Shown: in pieces, positions 47,890 through 59,700 of the stretch
How positions within the stretch are numbered: position 1 is the stretch's first letter
Layout: every line of letters begins with the position of its first letter
Source: Macrostomum lignano
Taxonomy: Eukaryota
Assembly (NCBI GenBank): GCA_002269645.1
Contig: NIVC01000687.1
Location: forward strand, 1 to 64,000
DNA length: 64,000 nt
Direction: 5' to 3'
Translations under genes and position numbers: made by a program
The notes under the pieces: model-generated
What the model was told of the DNA's origin: nothing
The model's database searches: none
The model's input: only the letters and a program-made list of their open reading frames with translations

Positions 47890-48708
47890 AAATCTACTCC
47901 GCCATTGTTGAGTTCACCATCCTTTTGGGAACCTGTAACTAATAACGTCAGTAATTCTCGTCAAAACGGCCCTTTTGAGGGTTGCAGTCACTACGCCAAT
48001 AACGTGACAAAAAGCTTTCTACAAAAAACTGATAACAAACGTACATCTAAGTATTTTGACGCCTAGCCCCTATCATCAGGTTTATTTTGTAGAATAACGA
48101 ACTGATATGGTTGAATATTAGGGTGACATGCTGCAGCAGATGTTTCATCCAGTCATTCCTGGTTCTAATATGCAGCGAAACAGCCTGCTGCTACCACAAA
48201 CCTGAAAAACGCTTCGGAATTATCGACGACTGTCCACTTAAAACATAAATTATTGAAACTGTCTACTACAAGTAATTTAGTGAAGAAATGCAGTCAAGTC
48301 AAAATGCATAATATTAAATCTAAGTCGCTTGGCTCCCGTCCTGGTCCGTTTTTTTTGGTAATTTTGTACCTTGATGCTCTTTCATTGCTGTTGAGTGGTG
48401 TCTCTGTGTGTCAAGTCTAATGTCTTTCCGGGATCAATTCTAACTCTGTCCTCGATCGCGCACTCAATCATATACCCTTTGTACATTCGCAGAACGCAGA
48501 GCCCCATTGAATGTCGATGTTATCTTCTTACAGTAAGTCATAATGCTCACAGCTAATATTATTCTTTCTACAATGTGGGTCAGTAGGTGAGTAATCTGAG
48601 TTACATAAGCCTCTGTGAGATTTCTATGCTTACCCGAGATTGAGGCCGGATCACCCATGAGCCATCACTTTTCGTAAGCTGGTACAGTATTAGCCATTGA
48701 GTCAGAAC

Positions 48709-48927
48709 CAGTGGCGTAGCCAAGGGGGGGGCGGGGGGCCGCGCCCCCCCCCTCCCCCAATCGCGGGTACCAAAAACCATGAGGCAATTGAGTGCCTGCG
48801 GCGCTAAAATGAGTGCCTGCGGCGCCAAAATGAGTGCCTGCGGCGCCAAAAGTGGCAATGGCATAAGTAGCATGGCCAGCCAGCCCAACCCCGCCGCCCC
48901 CAATTGAAATTCCTGGCTACGCCACTG
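48709..48927. mobile_element. hAT-type MITE (219 bp)
   Basis: 14-bp TIR CAGTGGCGTAGCCA / TGGCTACGCCACTG; perfect 8-bp TSD GTCAGAAC; internal 21-bp repeat x3. Confidence 0.95.
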
Positions 48928-50485
48928 GTCAGAACCTCATGTGGACTGCTGTGTCATGACTAAAATCTATTAGCTTTCGGTATACAGTACACATGGATAA
49001 AAAATCTACATGTACTTATTCATTTTTTCGTCAACGTATTTTCCACATATTCCTACTAGTAGTAAAGCATCACATAAAATTCACCTAAACTTAATTTAAT
49101 ACTTATAATATCCGGCTGTTTTTCAGTACTTTCATTCTTAAAGTGTCAGTATTGTAGTTGTGCGCGTATATTTCCTATTTATAGATTTATAAGTTTTTAT
49201 ATACGGCGTTAAATATACATTTTTTATAACTGAAATTAAATTCAGACAAATCTCTCACATGACTTGAAAAATGCCGCCATAAAAGAAGAATTTTCTGTGA
49301 GCTCTAGAAGTGGTGAAAGAGGACGGCACCAGATCGACAGGCTGATCGAAGTACTCGTATATATTGCTTCCAGAGTCGACCTGCTGTATGGTTAATACTC
49401 GTACTACACCTAAGATCAAGGTTGAGCGACGAAAGGCGATGAAGCGGAGTCAAAAGACGCGCCTGAAGTCCAATCTAACGAAGTTCTATGAAAGTAGGGT
49501 TGCTGAACCTAATCCTAACACAAAAGTTGGTTGAATGCTCTAAAGACCCTATCGCTAACGTAACGAGAAGATTGCATTAGCAGACCAAAAGAGTAAGTTT
49601 TTGGCACTGTTATGGCAGGCACAGTGTGAAAAGTAAGACAAGAATGTCCCGGCAAAGTTGACACGCAAAGTTGAGATAATAGCTAGAAGAGAGCGCATGC
49701 GCGTGCTGAAACACTGGGTGATAAAAAATCAACTATTTCTCTTAAAGCTGTTGGTAAGGCACCACTTTGGAGGCATGGTTCAAAGACTAGTAGATAATAC
49801 CGGTCTCTTTCGTTCATTTACGTTGTCTGAGTATAAAACCTCGCTACACATGATGACTTGATGTGTGTGCTTCTACGTTTTTATCGCATCAATAAACGAT
49901 GGCTGTACTTGACTTGGTTTTAGACTGAGCTTCCAAGCCTGAGGAGGGATTTCGGATGCGAACGCATTCTACAGAATCAGACTAAACAGGAGAATAACTA
50001 AACTTGTGATGAAATTCTTGTTATGTTTCGATTTGTTTCAAACACATTTGCGCGCTTGTGGCATATATGATATACTAATATACAGTGGTCCTTGCGATAT
50101 ACGAGCGGACGTACAAGCTTCTGCTGTCCTGTCTATTTCTGTGTATCTGTGAACCTCTACACTTTGTATGACAAACGTTCCTTCTCGCTTTCTCACTTTC
50201 TCAAAAAATCACAACTGCGGTACTTAAAAAACCTTGGCCTCCATTGTGGAAAAATCTTAAAATGTAAGCTTTTCAAATAATATTTTGATTATTGACAAAA
50301 TCATTTTCTAACCCGTGCGTTTCTAATTCGTATTCATATTTTTGCTAACCGTCCAAGATTCCGAAGTCCATAAACTGAAACTAAGTTTTTCGTTATGTAA
50401 ATTTCTCTTGTTCTTTGCCTAATGTATTCCACTCTGTACCACTAATCTACCCCGCAAGTGTTTTGCTAGCAGATAATCTCAGTAA

Positions 50486-51270
50486 GTATTCTCCGCTGCC
50501 ATAGACAGCACTCTCCATATTCCCCGCTACCATAGACAGCACTCTCCATATTCTCTACGCTGCCATAGACAGCACTCTCCATATTCCCCGCTCCCATAGA
50601 CAGCACTCTCCATATCCTCTACGCTGCCATAGACAGCACTCTCCATATTCCCCGCTCCCATAGACAGCACTCTCCATATTCCGAGCTGCCATAGACAGCA
50701 CTCTCCATATTCTCTACGCTGCCATAGACAGCACTCTCCATATTCTCTACGCTGCCATAGACAGCACTCTCCATATTCCCCGCTCCCATAGACAGCACTC
50801 TCCATATCCTCTACGCTGCCATAGACAGCACTCTCCATATTCCCCGCTCCCATAGACAGCACTCTCCATATCCTCTACGCTGCCATAGACAGCACTCTCC
50901 ATATTCCCCGCTCCCATAGACAGCACTCTCCATATTCCGAGCTGCCATAGACAGCACTCTCCATATTCCGAGATGCCATAGACAGCAATCTCCATATTCC
51001 GAGATGCCATAGACAGCAATCTCCATATTCCGAGATGCCATAGACAGCACTCTCCATATTCCGAGATGCCATAGACAGCAATCTCCATATTCCCAGCTGC
51101 CATAGACAGCAATCTCCATATTCCGAGCTGCCATAAACAGCAATCTCCATATTCCGAGATGCCAGAGACAGCACTCTCCATATTCCGAGATGCCATAGAC
51201 AGCACTCTCCATATTCCGAGCTGCCATAGACAGCAATCTCCATATTCCGAGCTGCCATAGACAGCACTCC
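50486..51270. repeat. 31/33-bp minisatellite (~24 copies), CCATAGACAGCACTCTCCATATT core
   Basis: Alternating CCCCGCTC and CTCTACGCTG variants grade into CCGAG(A/C)TG variants. Confidence 0.97.
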
Positions 51271-51879
51271 AGTCCTGGCTTGCATGGAATACATTTTATT
51301 GATACTATTCCACTGAATCAAGAAGAGTGTCTGTGCAGAATATACAAGGCGAAAATAAAGGACATATATCCAAGGCAAGCTTAAATTTACTCAACTCATC
51401 CCTTTTTATCTGTTTTAGCTGTTCTATCATCTTAACCTATTTGCCTGTATTAGGTTTTTATTACCATTCAGTTTTCTTGAATGCAAGAAGTTCTATAAAA
51501 ATAAACTGATAAAGTCTTTAAACTTGACCTATCAACGGCATAAGCAAAATGATCTAGAAACAGAGGCAAATTCTGTTTGCTGTTTGGTTATTACTGTCGA
51601 GTTCCTGGCGATCAAAGACTACGAATAGTTCGACTATTACGTTGCAATACATAAATGCCGTGGTAAATATATTAAATAGCTTAACCAAGCCACCTCCAAC
51701 TCAAACTGTCACGCGGCAAAAAAGTTAAACAATGCATTTAATGCTAGTTCAGTATCGTGTGCAGGAACCACGAGTGACTCGTCGTTGCGATGGGGTTTAT
51801 TTCTAGAGAAACTCTGACTGCCAGTCGTGTGGCTTAATTCGTAAATGCGCATTATTTTGAGAATCGGTATCGTTAGCGC

Positions 51880-52160
51880 TCATTTCGGCACCGTAGGCAC
51901 TCATATTGGCGCCGCAGGCAGGCACTCATTTTGGCGCCGCAGGGAGGCACTCATATTGGCGCCGCAGGCACTCATTTTGGCGCCGCAGGCAAGCACTCAT
52001 ATTGGCGCCGCAGGCAGGCACTCATTTTGGCGCCGCAGGCAGGCACTCATTTTGGCGCCGCTGGCAGGCACTCATTTTGGCGCCGCAGGCAGGCACTCAT
52101 TTTGGCGCCGCAGGCAGGCATACATTTTGGCGCCGCAGGCAATCATTTTGCATGGCGCCG
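51880..52160. repeat. 21/25-bp minisatellite GGCA(GGCA)CTCATTTTGGCGCCGCA (~11 copies)
   Basis: Unit is the reverse complement of the internal repeat of the MITE at 48709. Confidence 0.93.
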
Positions 52161-53737
52161 CATCCAGGCAATCCTTTTGGCATCGCGCAGGGAGGCGCTC
52201 ATTTTGTAGTGGGGGGGGGGGTTGGCTGTTGCTGAGTATGCATAAATGTGTCCTTAATTTTTCAGCTGTTGATTCAGTAGAATTTTAGTCTAAGTCCGCA
52301 ACTGATCTGTTTTCTGCGTGTACTGCAACACGCTCGTAGTCCATCTAAGCAATCGCTGGACTAGTAGGCCTGGACTAGCGGAGTCGACCGCGGTTAGTAC
52401 GCCTATGTACGCTGCAAATATACCTGTAGCGGTTATTTAAAACTATTTAGAGAAGACAATGGAGTTAGTGCATGAATTTCTTTAACCATTGTCTGAAAAT
52501 AATCAGAGATTCATGCCGCATTGCACTTTGTGAAGATGTCATTGATACGTGGCAGGCTGGTAACCCGCACAGCAAGCAATCTGAAGCCTGCAATCCAATG
52601 ATTACTCGTAAGACATCCTCGGTCTTACCTCTAGTGATCTGCAGAATATTTTAAAATTTTGGGACTTTACATGCATACCACTTAAGGAAAGACTAGATTT
52701 GATTTTGTTCCATGATTTTACGGAGGCTTTCTTTTAACAAAAACTGTTAAGCCAATTTGTAATGTTCTGTTAGTTTTATTCTCTAAATTGTTAATTGGAT
52801 TTCTTCGGTCATTTTAAATACAATTAAATGCGTAGAGATGCTACACATTCTTTACGAGTACATGCAGGCATTTCCCAGTCCTAACAATGAGTTTGACTGC
52901 TCCTTTGTAATCTAATCAAAGTCAAGCGACTTTGCCAACAAATCGTTTGCCACTTTGCTACGGTTTCAGCGAAGCCTTTCGCAAAATTCTTGTGTGGTTT
53001 ACGTGCAGCTAAAAAAGACTACCGAGGACGGCCAAGGCATCGAGAGCTGCCCGAGAAGAAGGCCCGCTGCAGTGTCAGCTCAAGCTAAATGGTCTCAAAG
53101 TGAGATATGATTAAACGACCAAGCCTGCAGGGGAGTCTCCCCCGAGCACAATTGTAGCAGACCTCGGTAACAGAGGCCAAGAAAGGCGGACGGACTAACT
53201 GATACCGATAATAATTAGTTTATAAGCAGCCTATCGTTTGACGACGAATATTACTCAAAAACTGCAGAAACCATTTAAAAAGGAGAGACAACCAGTTGAT
53301 AAACAGGAAAAGCTTATTCACCAATTAGAATTCATAGCTGAATATAGACAAAGTATTAGTTGCTTTATTAACATGTTCATATATGAAATACTTTCAGTCT
53401 GAATTTTAATCATCCAAATATGAAAGCTAAATAAATAAACATCGATATTATTAACATTTGCTTAAAATAGTTTTGTAAGCGCGGAGTCAATTAACAGCCA
53501 ATAGCATTATTCGTTAAGCAGAGCGATTCCCCCTACTTCAAGTAGCATAGATGACATTTCATACGAAATTAAGATTATCAAAACAAAAATTACCTGGCAA
53601 TCAGAAGCCATTGTGGATCAGTTCAGAAGACTTTTGGCCCAAATATTTAATTAGTCAAGACTTCAAACTGCCACTTTCCATGACTTGCTCCGCCCACCCA
53701 AAGAGTCGACAAGACCCGAATTTGTTAAACTTTGCAG

Positions 53738-56700
53738 TCACCGCAACCGTGAACTGACATCCTGAAACTCCCTGACCGCCTCCTTCTTCTTTTTAAAAAA
53801 CTTCTCAGCCTTGCCCCTGTCCTTCTCCTGCAAAGCCGATTTGGCGTGCTGAGCATAGGTGGCCGACAGCTGCTGCAGCACTGAGCAGTACTGCCGCTTC
53901 TCAGCCTCGCCACAGTTGGCCAGCAGCTGCTTGTGCTGGGCGAGGCGCTGCTCAAGGCCTCTGACTGCTTCGGCAGCTTTCGAGTTCGTGCCAGCGTGCG
54001 GCTTGAGCAGGCTGATCTCGTACTGCAGCACGTAGGCGCTGCTCTCTGGAACTGAACCCTGGGGACGGCCAGCCCGACTGCCGCCTGCTCTGCTGGCCGA
54101 TGCCTGGCGGCTTGGCGGCAGCTCCTGGTTGGTGTGCTCAATTAGCAGCCACTGCTCACGGACCTGAGGACCGGGGAGTGAGGGATGGCATAGATCTAGG
54201 GGTTGTTGAGTTTAACAATCCATGACTGGGTTGTAGCCTAGTGGTTAGAGCGTCCGACTCACGACTTCAAAGTCGGGGTTCGATTCCCGATCCTACTCAC
54301 AACAATTTGTGTCCACGAGCAAGACACTTAACTCTGCATTGATTCAGTTGACTCAGCTGTAAAATGGGTGCCGGCATTAGCTGGGGTAATTGAGGGTGTG
54401 TGGTGACCCCCTACGAGCGTACCCGCCAGTCCTTGGACTGAACAGCCGTACGCAGCCTTCAGCCTTCATAGCAGGCTGAGCTGTCGTTTGCACATCTGCC
54501 TATCAGGGCAGGTGTAGTCAAATATTATTATCACTAGTTATCATTATGCGTTAAATAAATTACCTTGGAAGATGAATATCTCTTATATCTAAAGCTGAGT
54601 GGGTCGATCGACCGGCCGGGTTTAACGCGTATCTCCTCCTAGACGGCTGGCAACTCAAATGCGGGACTTACATATATCAATTCAGAATTTTCCTACGCAA
54701 CAAATAGGCTATTTTAATGTTGAAATTTCCAAAACTAAGTCAGTTAAAAAAGCAGAAAACTGTTTTCTTAACCTTCTTTGGCCACTTTGCCTCTCCAGTG
54801 GAGGGGTAGTGGCATAATTGTAAAAACAACCACCCCAACCTCCTCCCGCGGGTCGCTGTGTATTGGAGGGGTGGGTGACGCGTGTTCTGGGTTCAATGCT
54901 AATAAAACCCCGCGTGTTGGGGGTGAAGTAAAATTTAATGATTCCCCCGGAATAGGGGGGTTGGTTTGGGCTGAGTGTACATAGCAATGTACTGTGTAAA
55001 CAGATAGATAAGGACTGTGTCGATATTCAATTGGTTTTATTATCGGCGTCTTTCAAGACTGTATTTAGCTGGGCAGCTAAATTCAATGAATAAACCAGGG
55101 ACTACTCAATTCTCTAGAATTGAGTAGTCCCTGGAATAAACTTGCGAGCCTCTTACTAGCTAGCAGGCAGTGAATGTACACTCGATAGATACTTCAATGC
55201 TTTAAATCGGGAAGTTCAAACGCTAACTGTTCCTTGAGGTGCTTTGAGAGGAGAGAATTTGTATTGCTGGAAAGATCTTGCAACGCTGAGTTTGGGGATA
55301 TAAGTTATTTGTTTTAAATGAAAACAAAAAGCACAGCATTGAAAAAACGATTTCCATACTTTTAAACTTTCTGCCAAGATTGTAGTTGGGGGGGAAGGTT
55401 GCGTACACAAATTCAAGCCAGCTATCATTTGAGTAATTTCAGTAATGGAGGAGGCGGGTGATAAATTTCAATTGGTTTGATTATCGGCGCTTTCAGTCCG
55501 TCAGATAAGAGAGTAGAGAGAAGAGATTTCAAGGAGAAGAGAGGATAGAAAGATAATGGAAAAGACAGTAGATATGAGAGCTGTGAGATTAAAGACGAGT
55601 CGACGACAGAGGGGAGAGAAGAGGGGAGTGAGGCAGGAATGATGAAGAGGGAGAGCGAAGAGAAGAGAGAGAGAGAGGGCAGGGTAGAGGAGAGGCGATA
55701 GATAAGCGAGTAGAGATGAGAGATGGGAGAGAAGAAGAGAGATAAGAGAGAATTGAGAGAAGACAGGAGAGAAGACGGGAGAGAGAGAAGCGAGAAGAGA
55801 AGAGAGAGAGGACTCAGGAGAGAGATGAGAAAAGAAATGAGAGAGCAAAGGGAAAAGATGAGAGAATAGAGATAAGAAAAAAGAGATAAGAGCGCAGAGA
55901 GGAGAGATGAGAGATGGGAGGTGATTGATAAGAAAGTAAGAGTAGAGAGGAGAGAGGAGATGAGAGCAGAGAGAAGAGATTAGATAAAGGAGCAAAGAGG
56001 AGAGAGGAGACAGGAGAGAGTCTCAGTCTGGACCTGGCAGTCAATTTTTGCAAACAGGGAAAACATGCTATGATATTTCAGAGGTTTTATGGAGGATTTT
56101 TTTAAATTTTTGACGTATATCCAGACAAGTAAAAAGCATATTTTATAGACTTCAGTTTCATAGTCTTGAGTGACTGAAATTTGATAGAGATAATATTTTT
56201 TTAAATGATGGATTGTAGCTTGAAGGAGATGATACACGCTGGATTGCATTTAACGGAGATGATTTTGATGATATCTGTTTCATAGAGAGGATGAAATGGC
56301 TAAATGAAAGGGAATAGAGAAAAGAGAAAGGAAAGAGTGAATAAAATATTAGAGGAAAGAGAACATGAAAAGAGAGAATCAAAAGGGCAGATTAGAGAAA
56401 AGAAAAAGAGAATAAAGGCGAGAGAAGAGATGGGGGAATTGAGAGGAGAGAGGAGAGGGGGTAAGAGAGGAGAAAGAGGAGACAGGAGGGAGTAGAGCCA
56501 AAAGACGAGAGAGAAGAGATAAATGAGTAAAGATGAGGGGAGAGAGAAGCGAGAGGATAAGGGAGAGAGGAGAGGGGAGAAAGTAGAAAGATGAGAGAGC
56601 AGAGAGGAGATAAAGGAGAGGAGAGTGAAGAGATAAAAGAGAAGAGAGGAAAAAGTAGAGGAGAAAGTAGTGAGGAGAAAGAAGAGAGTCTAGATATGAG

Positions 56701-59700
56701 AGTGCAGAAAGGAGAGATAAGAGAGTAGAGATGAGAGATAAGAGATGAGATGAGAAATGATTGATAAACGAGCAGATGAGAGCAGAGAGGAGATAGGAGA
56801 GATTAGAGATGAGAGAGCAAAGAGGAGAGAGGGACAGACGAGAGTCTCAATCTGGACAATGGCAGGCAGTCAATTTTTGCAAACAGGTAAAACAACATGA
56901 TTTTTGGGGGGTTAATAGAGGATTTGGAGAGGATTTGGACGATGGGATTCGTGTCATTGGATTCAGCTGATGGATTTCAGAAAATGAAATTCTGGCGATG
57001 GGAGTTCTTCCCCTTACTCCGCCAACGGAGGAGTTGGCCTCGTTGAGTAATAACCCTTTCGAAAACATCTCATTTTCGTAGATTTCGCAGTTAAGAGGTC
57101 GTTTAACGCCAAGCACTTGTTGTTTGGAGTTGTTTTTCATTTATGCTCACGATTCAAGCAAATGTGACTATGGCATCGAAATCCCTCACAATTTTTCTAA
57201 TTCCAGAGGCAAATACTTCGTATTGTACGCTTGCAAGTAAAGCGATGCACTCATATTTTAGAATTTTCCCCTCAGCCTCTAAATGCAAGCAGTGGGAAAC
57301 CAACTGTTTAGCCATAAGTTGAAGCGCTGAATAGAGCCTCTGATGGAATATAATGCTTCAGTAAATATGCAGTTTCCCGGCTGCTTGTCGATCGATGAAA
57401 ATATTGCAAGGATTGTCACTTGGGATTCTACTACTTTGCGGAGCTTCTGCAAAGACTTAATAAAGCAACTATTGCTGCACACATGCTGTGTGGGTAGCGG
57501 TCAAAAGTCTCTAGCTGGTGTTGGGAAGTTTCAAGCCAGTAAGACAGTCATGCAGGACTGCAGACTTTGCAGAATGCGAAAAAACAGATGAAGAGGCAGA
57601 GCCATGGGAATGCGTTAACCGTGAGGGTAGGAAAGAAGTCAAGAGTAGAGCATGCATGCAGCTGGTTGGCGCATTGTCTGTTACTAACCGCCACTCAAAG
57701 CCTAACCCGCGCTCAGCCTCGCATACCAGAAGGCCCCGCCCACAGGCCCTGGTAACTATGGGAAAGTTTTGTCACGCAATTTACGAGCATAAAAAGAACC
57801 TACGATGGCGCGAATAGGGATGGAGTTTAACCACTCTTGCTGAGCAAATTCGAGATCATGCCTCACTACCTACTAGCTGTTGGATTCTCTCTGTGCCTGC
57901 TGACTGTTGTCAGCGCCGAGAATGGTACGTTGCTTTGTCAAATCAGTCTGTCTTCTTTAAGAACTCGTATATCTTTAATCAATACTCGTACATGTCAAGT
58001 TGATGCGCAAAATGTTTCATTGCAGTTTTCTACACCGAGGAGGCTACCCAGACAACATCTACTCCAACGACGGTAGCGTCTGGTGGCAGCCTGACCGAGT
58101 GCGCGCTGAAATGCAAGCTGCAATTCCTGAAGGGCTGCTCCGCTGTCGCCTTTGAAAGCTGCTAGCACTCGTAAGAAGCTGAATGCGATGGCTGTTAAGT
58201 TTGGCTACGCTTTACTTTGATTATTCAAGCAAATCACTTCAGACCATACCGTGTTCCAAACAGAAAATAGCTGTTAATTTGTGCACAAACTTAGCAACCA
58301 CATGTTGATTAATGATCACCTTACTTAGAGTACGTGTATGTCATTATCCGCCACAACTGTGATATTTTAGAATACTTAATAGCAACTTAAAATGAGTGTA
58401 CCAACCAAAAGTTATATTTTTGAGCACAGTTACATGTAGACTGCTCAATATATTACAGCTATTCTCTGTCGGCAACTAACGAATGAGTTCGAAAAGAATT
58501 CAATGACAACAGAGAATTGATTGCGATTATTTTTCAGAAGACCCAGTTCAAATCGAAGGCCGAACATTCAAAATCATTCAACACCGATCGAAGGGACTGC
58601 TCAGCTTCGGTCGCGGATGGACTGAGTATGAGGACGGCTTTGGAGATGAGACCGACTTCTGGATTGGTGAGCAGTAATGGATTGTCACCAGAAAGGAATA
58701 CATGCCATAGTTAAGGTGTCATATCAAATACATTTTCAGGTCTGAGAAAAATTCGCCAGCTGACCGGAAGCTCGCCAAAGCTTCTGCGAGTCGAGGCCGT
58801 CACCTGGTCGGATGAGCTGTACGTCTGCGAGTACTCCGGCTTCACGGTGGCCGATGCCAGCACGAATTACACCATGACCTACACTTCGTACCTGAGCGGC
58901 AGCTCCAACACGACCAGCGACTCGCTTGCGGATAACAAAGGGAAGCAGTTCTCCACAATTGACCGCGACAATAACCAAATCAGTAGCTCCTGCTCTGCTG
59001 CGCGTGGCAACTCCGGTTGGTGGTTTAAAAGCTGCACAAAGTCCAACCCGAACGGAATTTATCACGCCTCTCCAGTGAATAATAATTTAAACTATATTTA
59101 CTGGACAGGTGCCACAGGTGGCAGTGTGTTTACACTGAAGAGCATTCGACTCATGCTACAGCTGGCTTGAGTGCCCGAATCGGCGACTCTGCAGCAAGCA
59201 GCTCGAGATGTCGTTCAATAAGTCGCGAGTTTATCGACGAACTTGACAAAACAAACTGGTCTATAAAACAGAAATTGTTCTTCACACAGACATGCAACAG
59301 TTGCCCAGAAAATATTTTTTATCAAATTTTTAAAATAGGAGCTAAGTCCGCAAAGTAAGTTTTTAATTTTCAAAATTATTTTCTTTTTAAATTTTGAAAT
59401 CTCTATTATAATTCCTTTCAAAAAAGCCAAGTTTAAAATAAAGCTAATAGTTTCCAGAATTTGAACTTCAACTGTCAACAGCAACAAATCACTTGTTTGT
59501 GTTGTTCTTTTTGATGTAACCACGCTCTGGTCGCGGGATAGGGCATGGGAACTTTTTCGAAAGTGCCTCCTATCCCGTGCACCCTCTGCACAGAGCTGTC
59601 GAGACTCGGCCAGGTCTCCGACCGGGCCTGGAGACTCCCGCTCTGCTGCACCCCTCCTGCTGCCTTGGTCCCGTCTCTCCTGCCGCCACACCTGCCTTTC

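Noticed and set aside
49270-49600. Degenerate reading frame starting MPP.KKNF
   Set aside because: Several stops and no recognisable motif
50078-50110. TA-CAGTGGTCC Tc1/pogo-like terminus
   Set aside because: No matching opposite TIR or transposase found
50527-52288. Repetitive ORFs (MAARNMESAV..., APQAGTHFG...) and a possible CRISPR array
   Set aside because: Head-to-tail minisatellites with no unique spacers, no cas genes and a eukaryotic context
53725-54141. Apparent frameshift in the last CC2D1 exon
   Set aside because: Reading from the acceptor at 54163 is open to TGA 53738; the overlapping 138-aa ORF is just another frame
54227-54310. tRNA genes (also 62192-62255 and 62610-62682)
   Set aside because: A and B boxes are present but there is no closed acceptor stem; two continue into a shared SINE body
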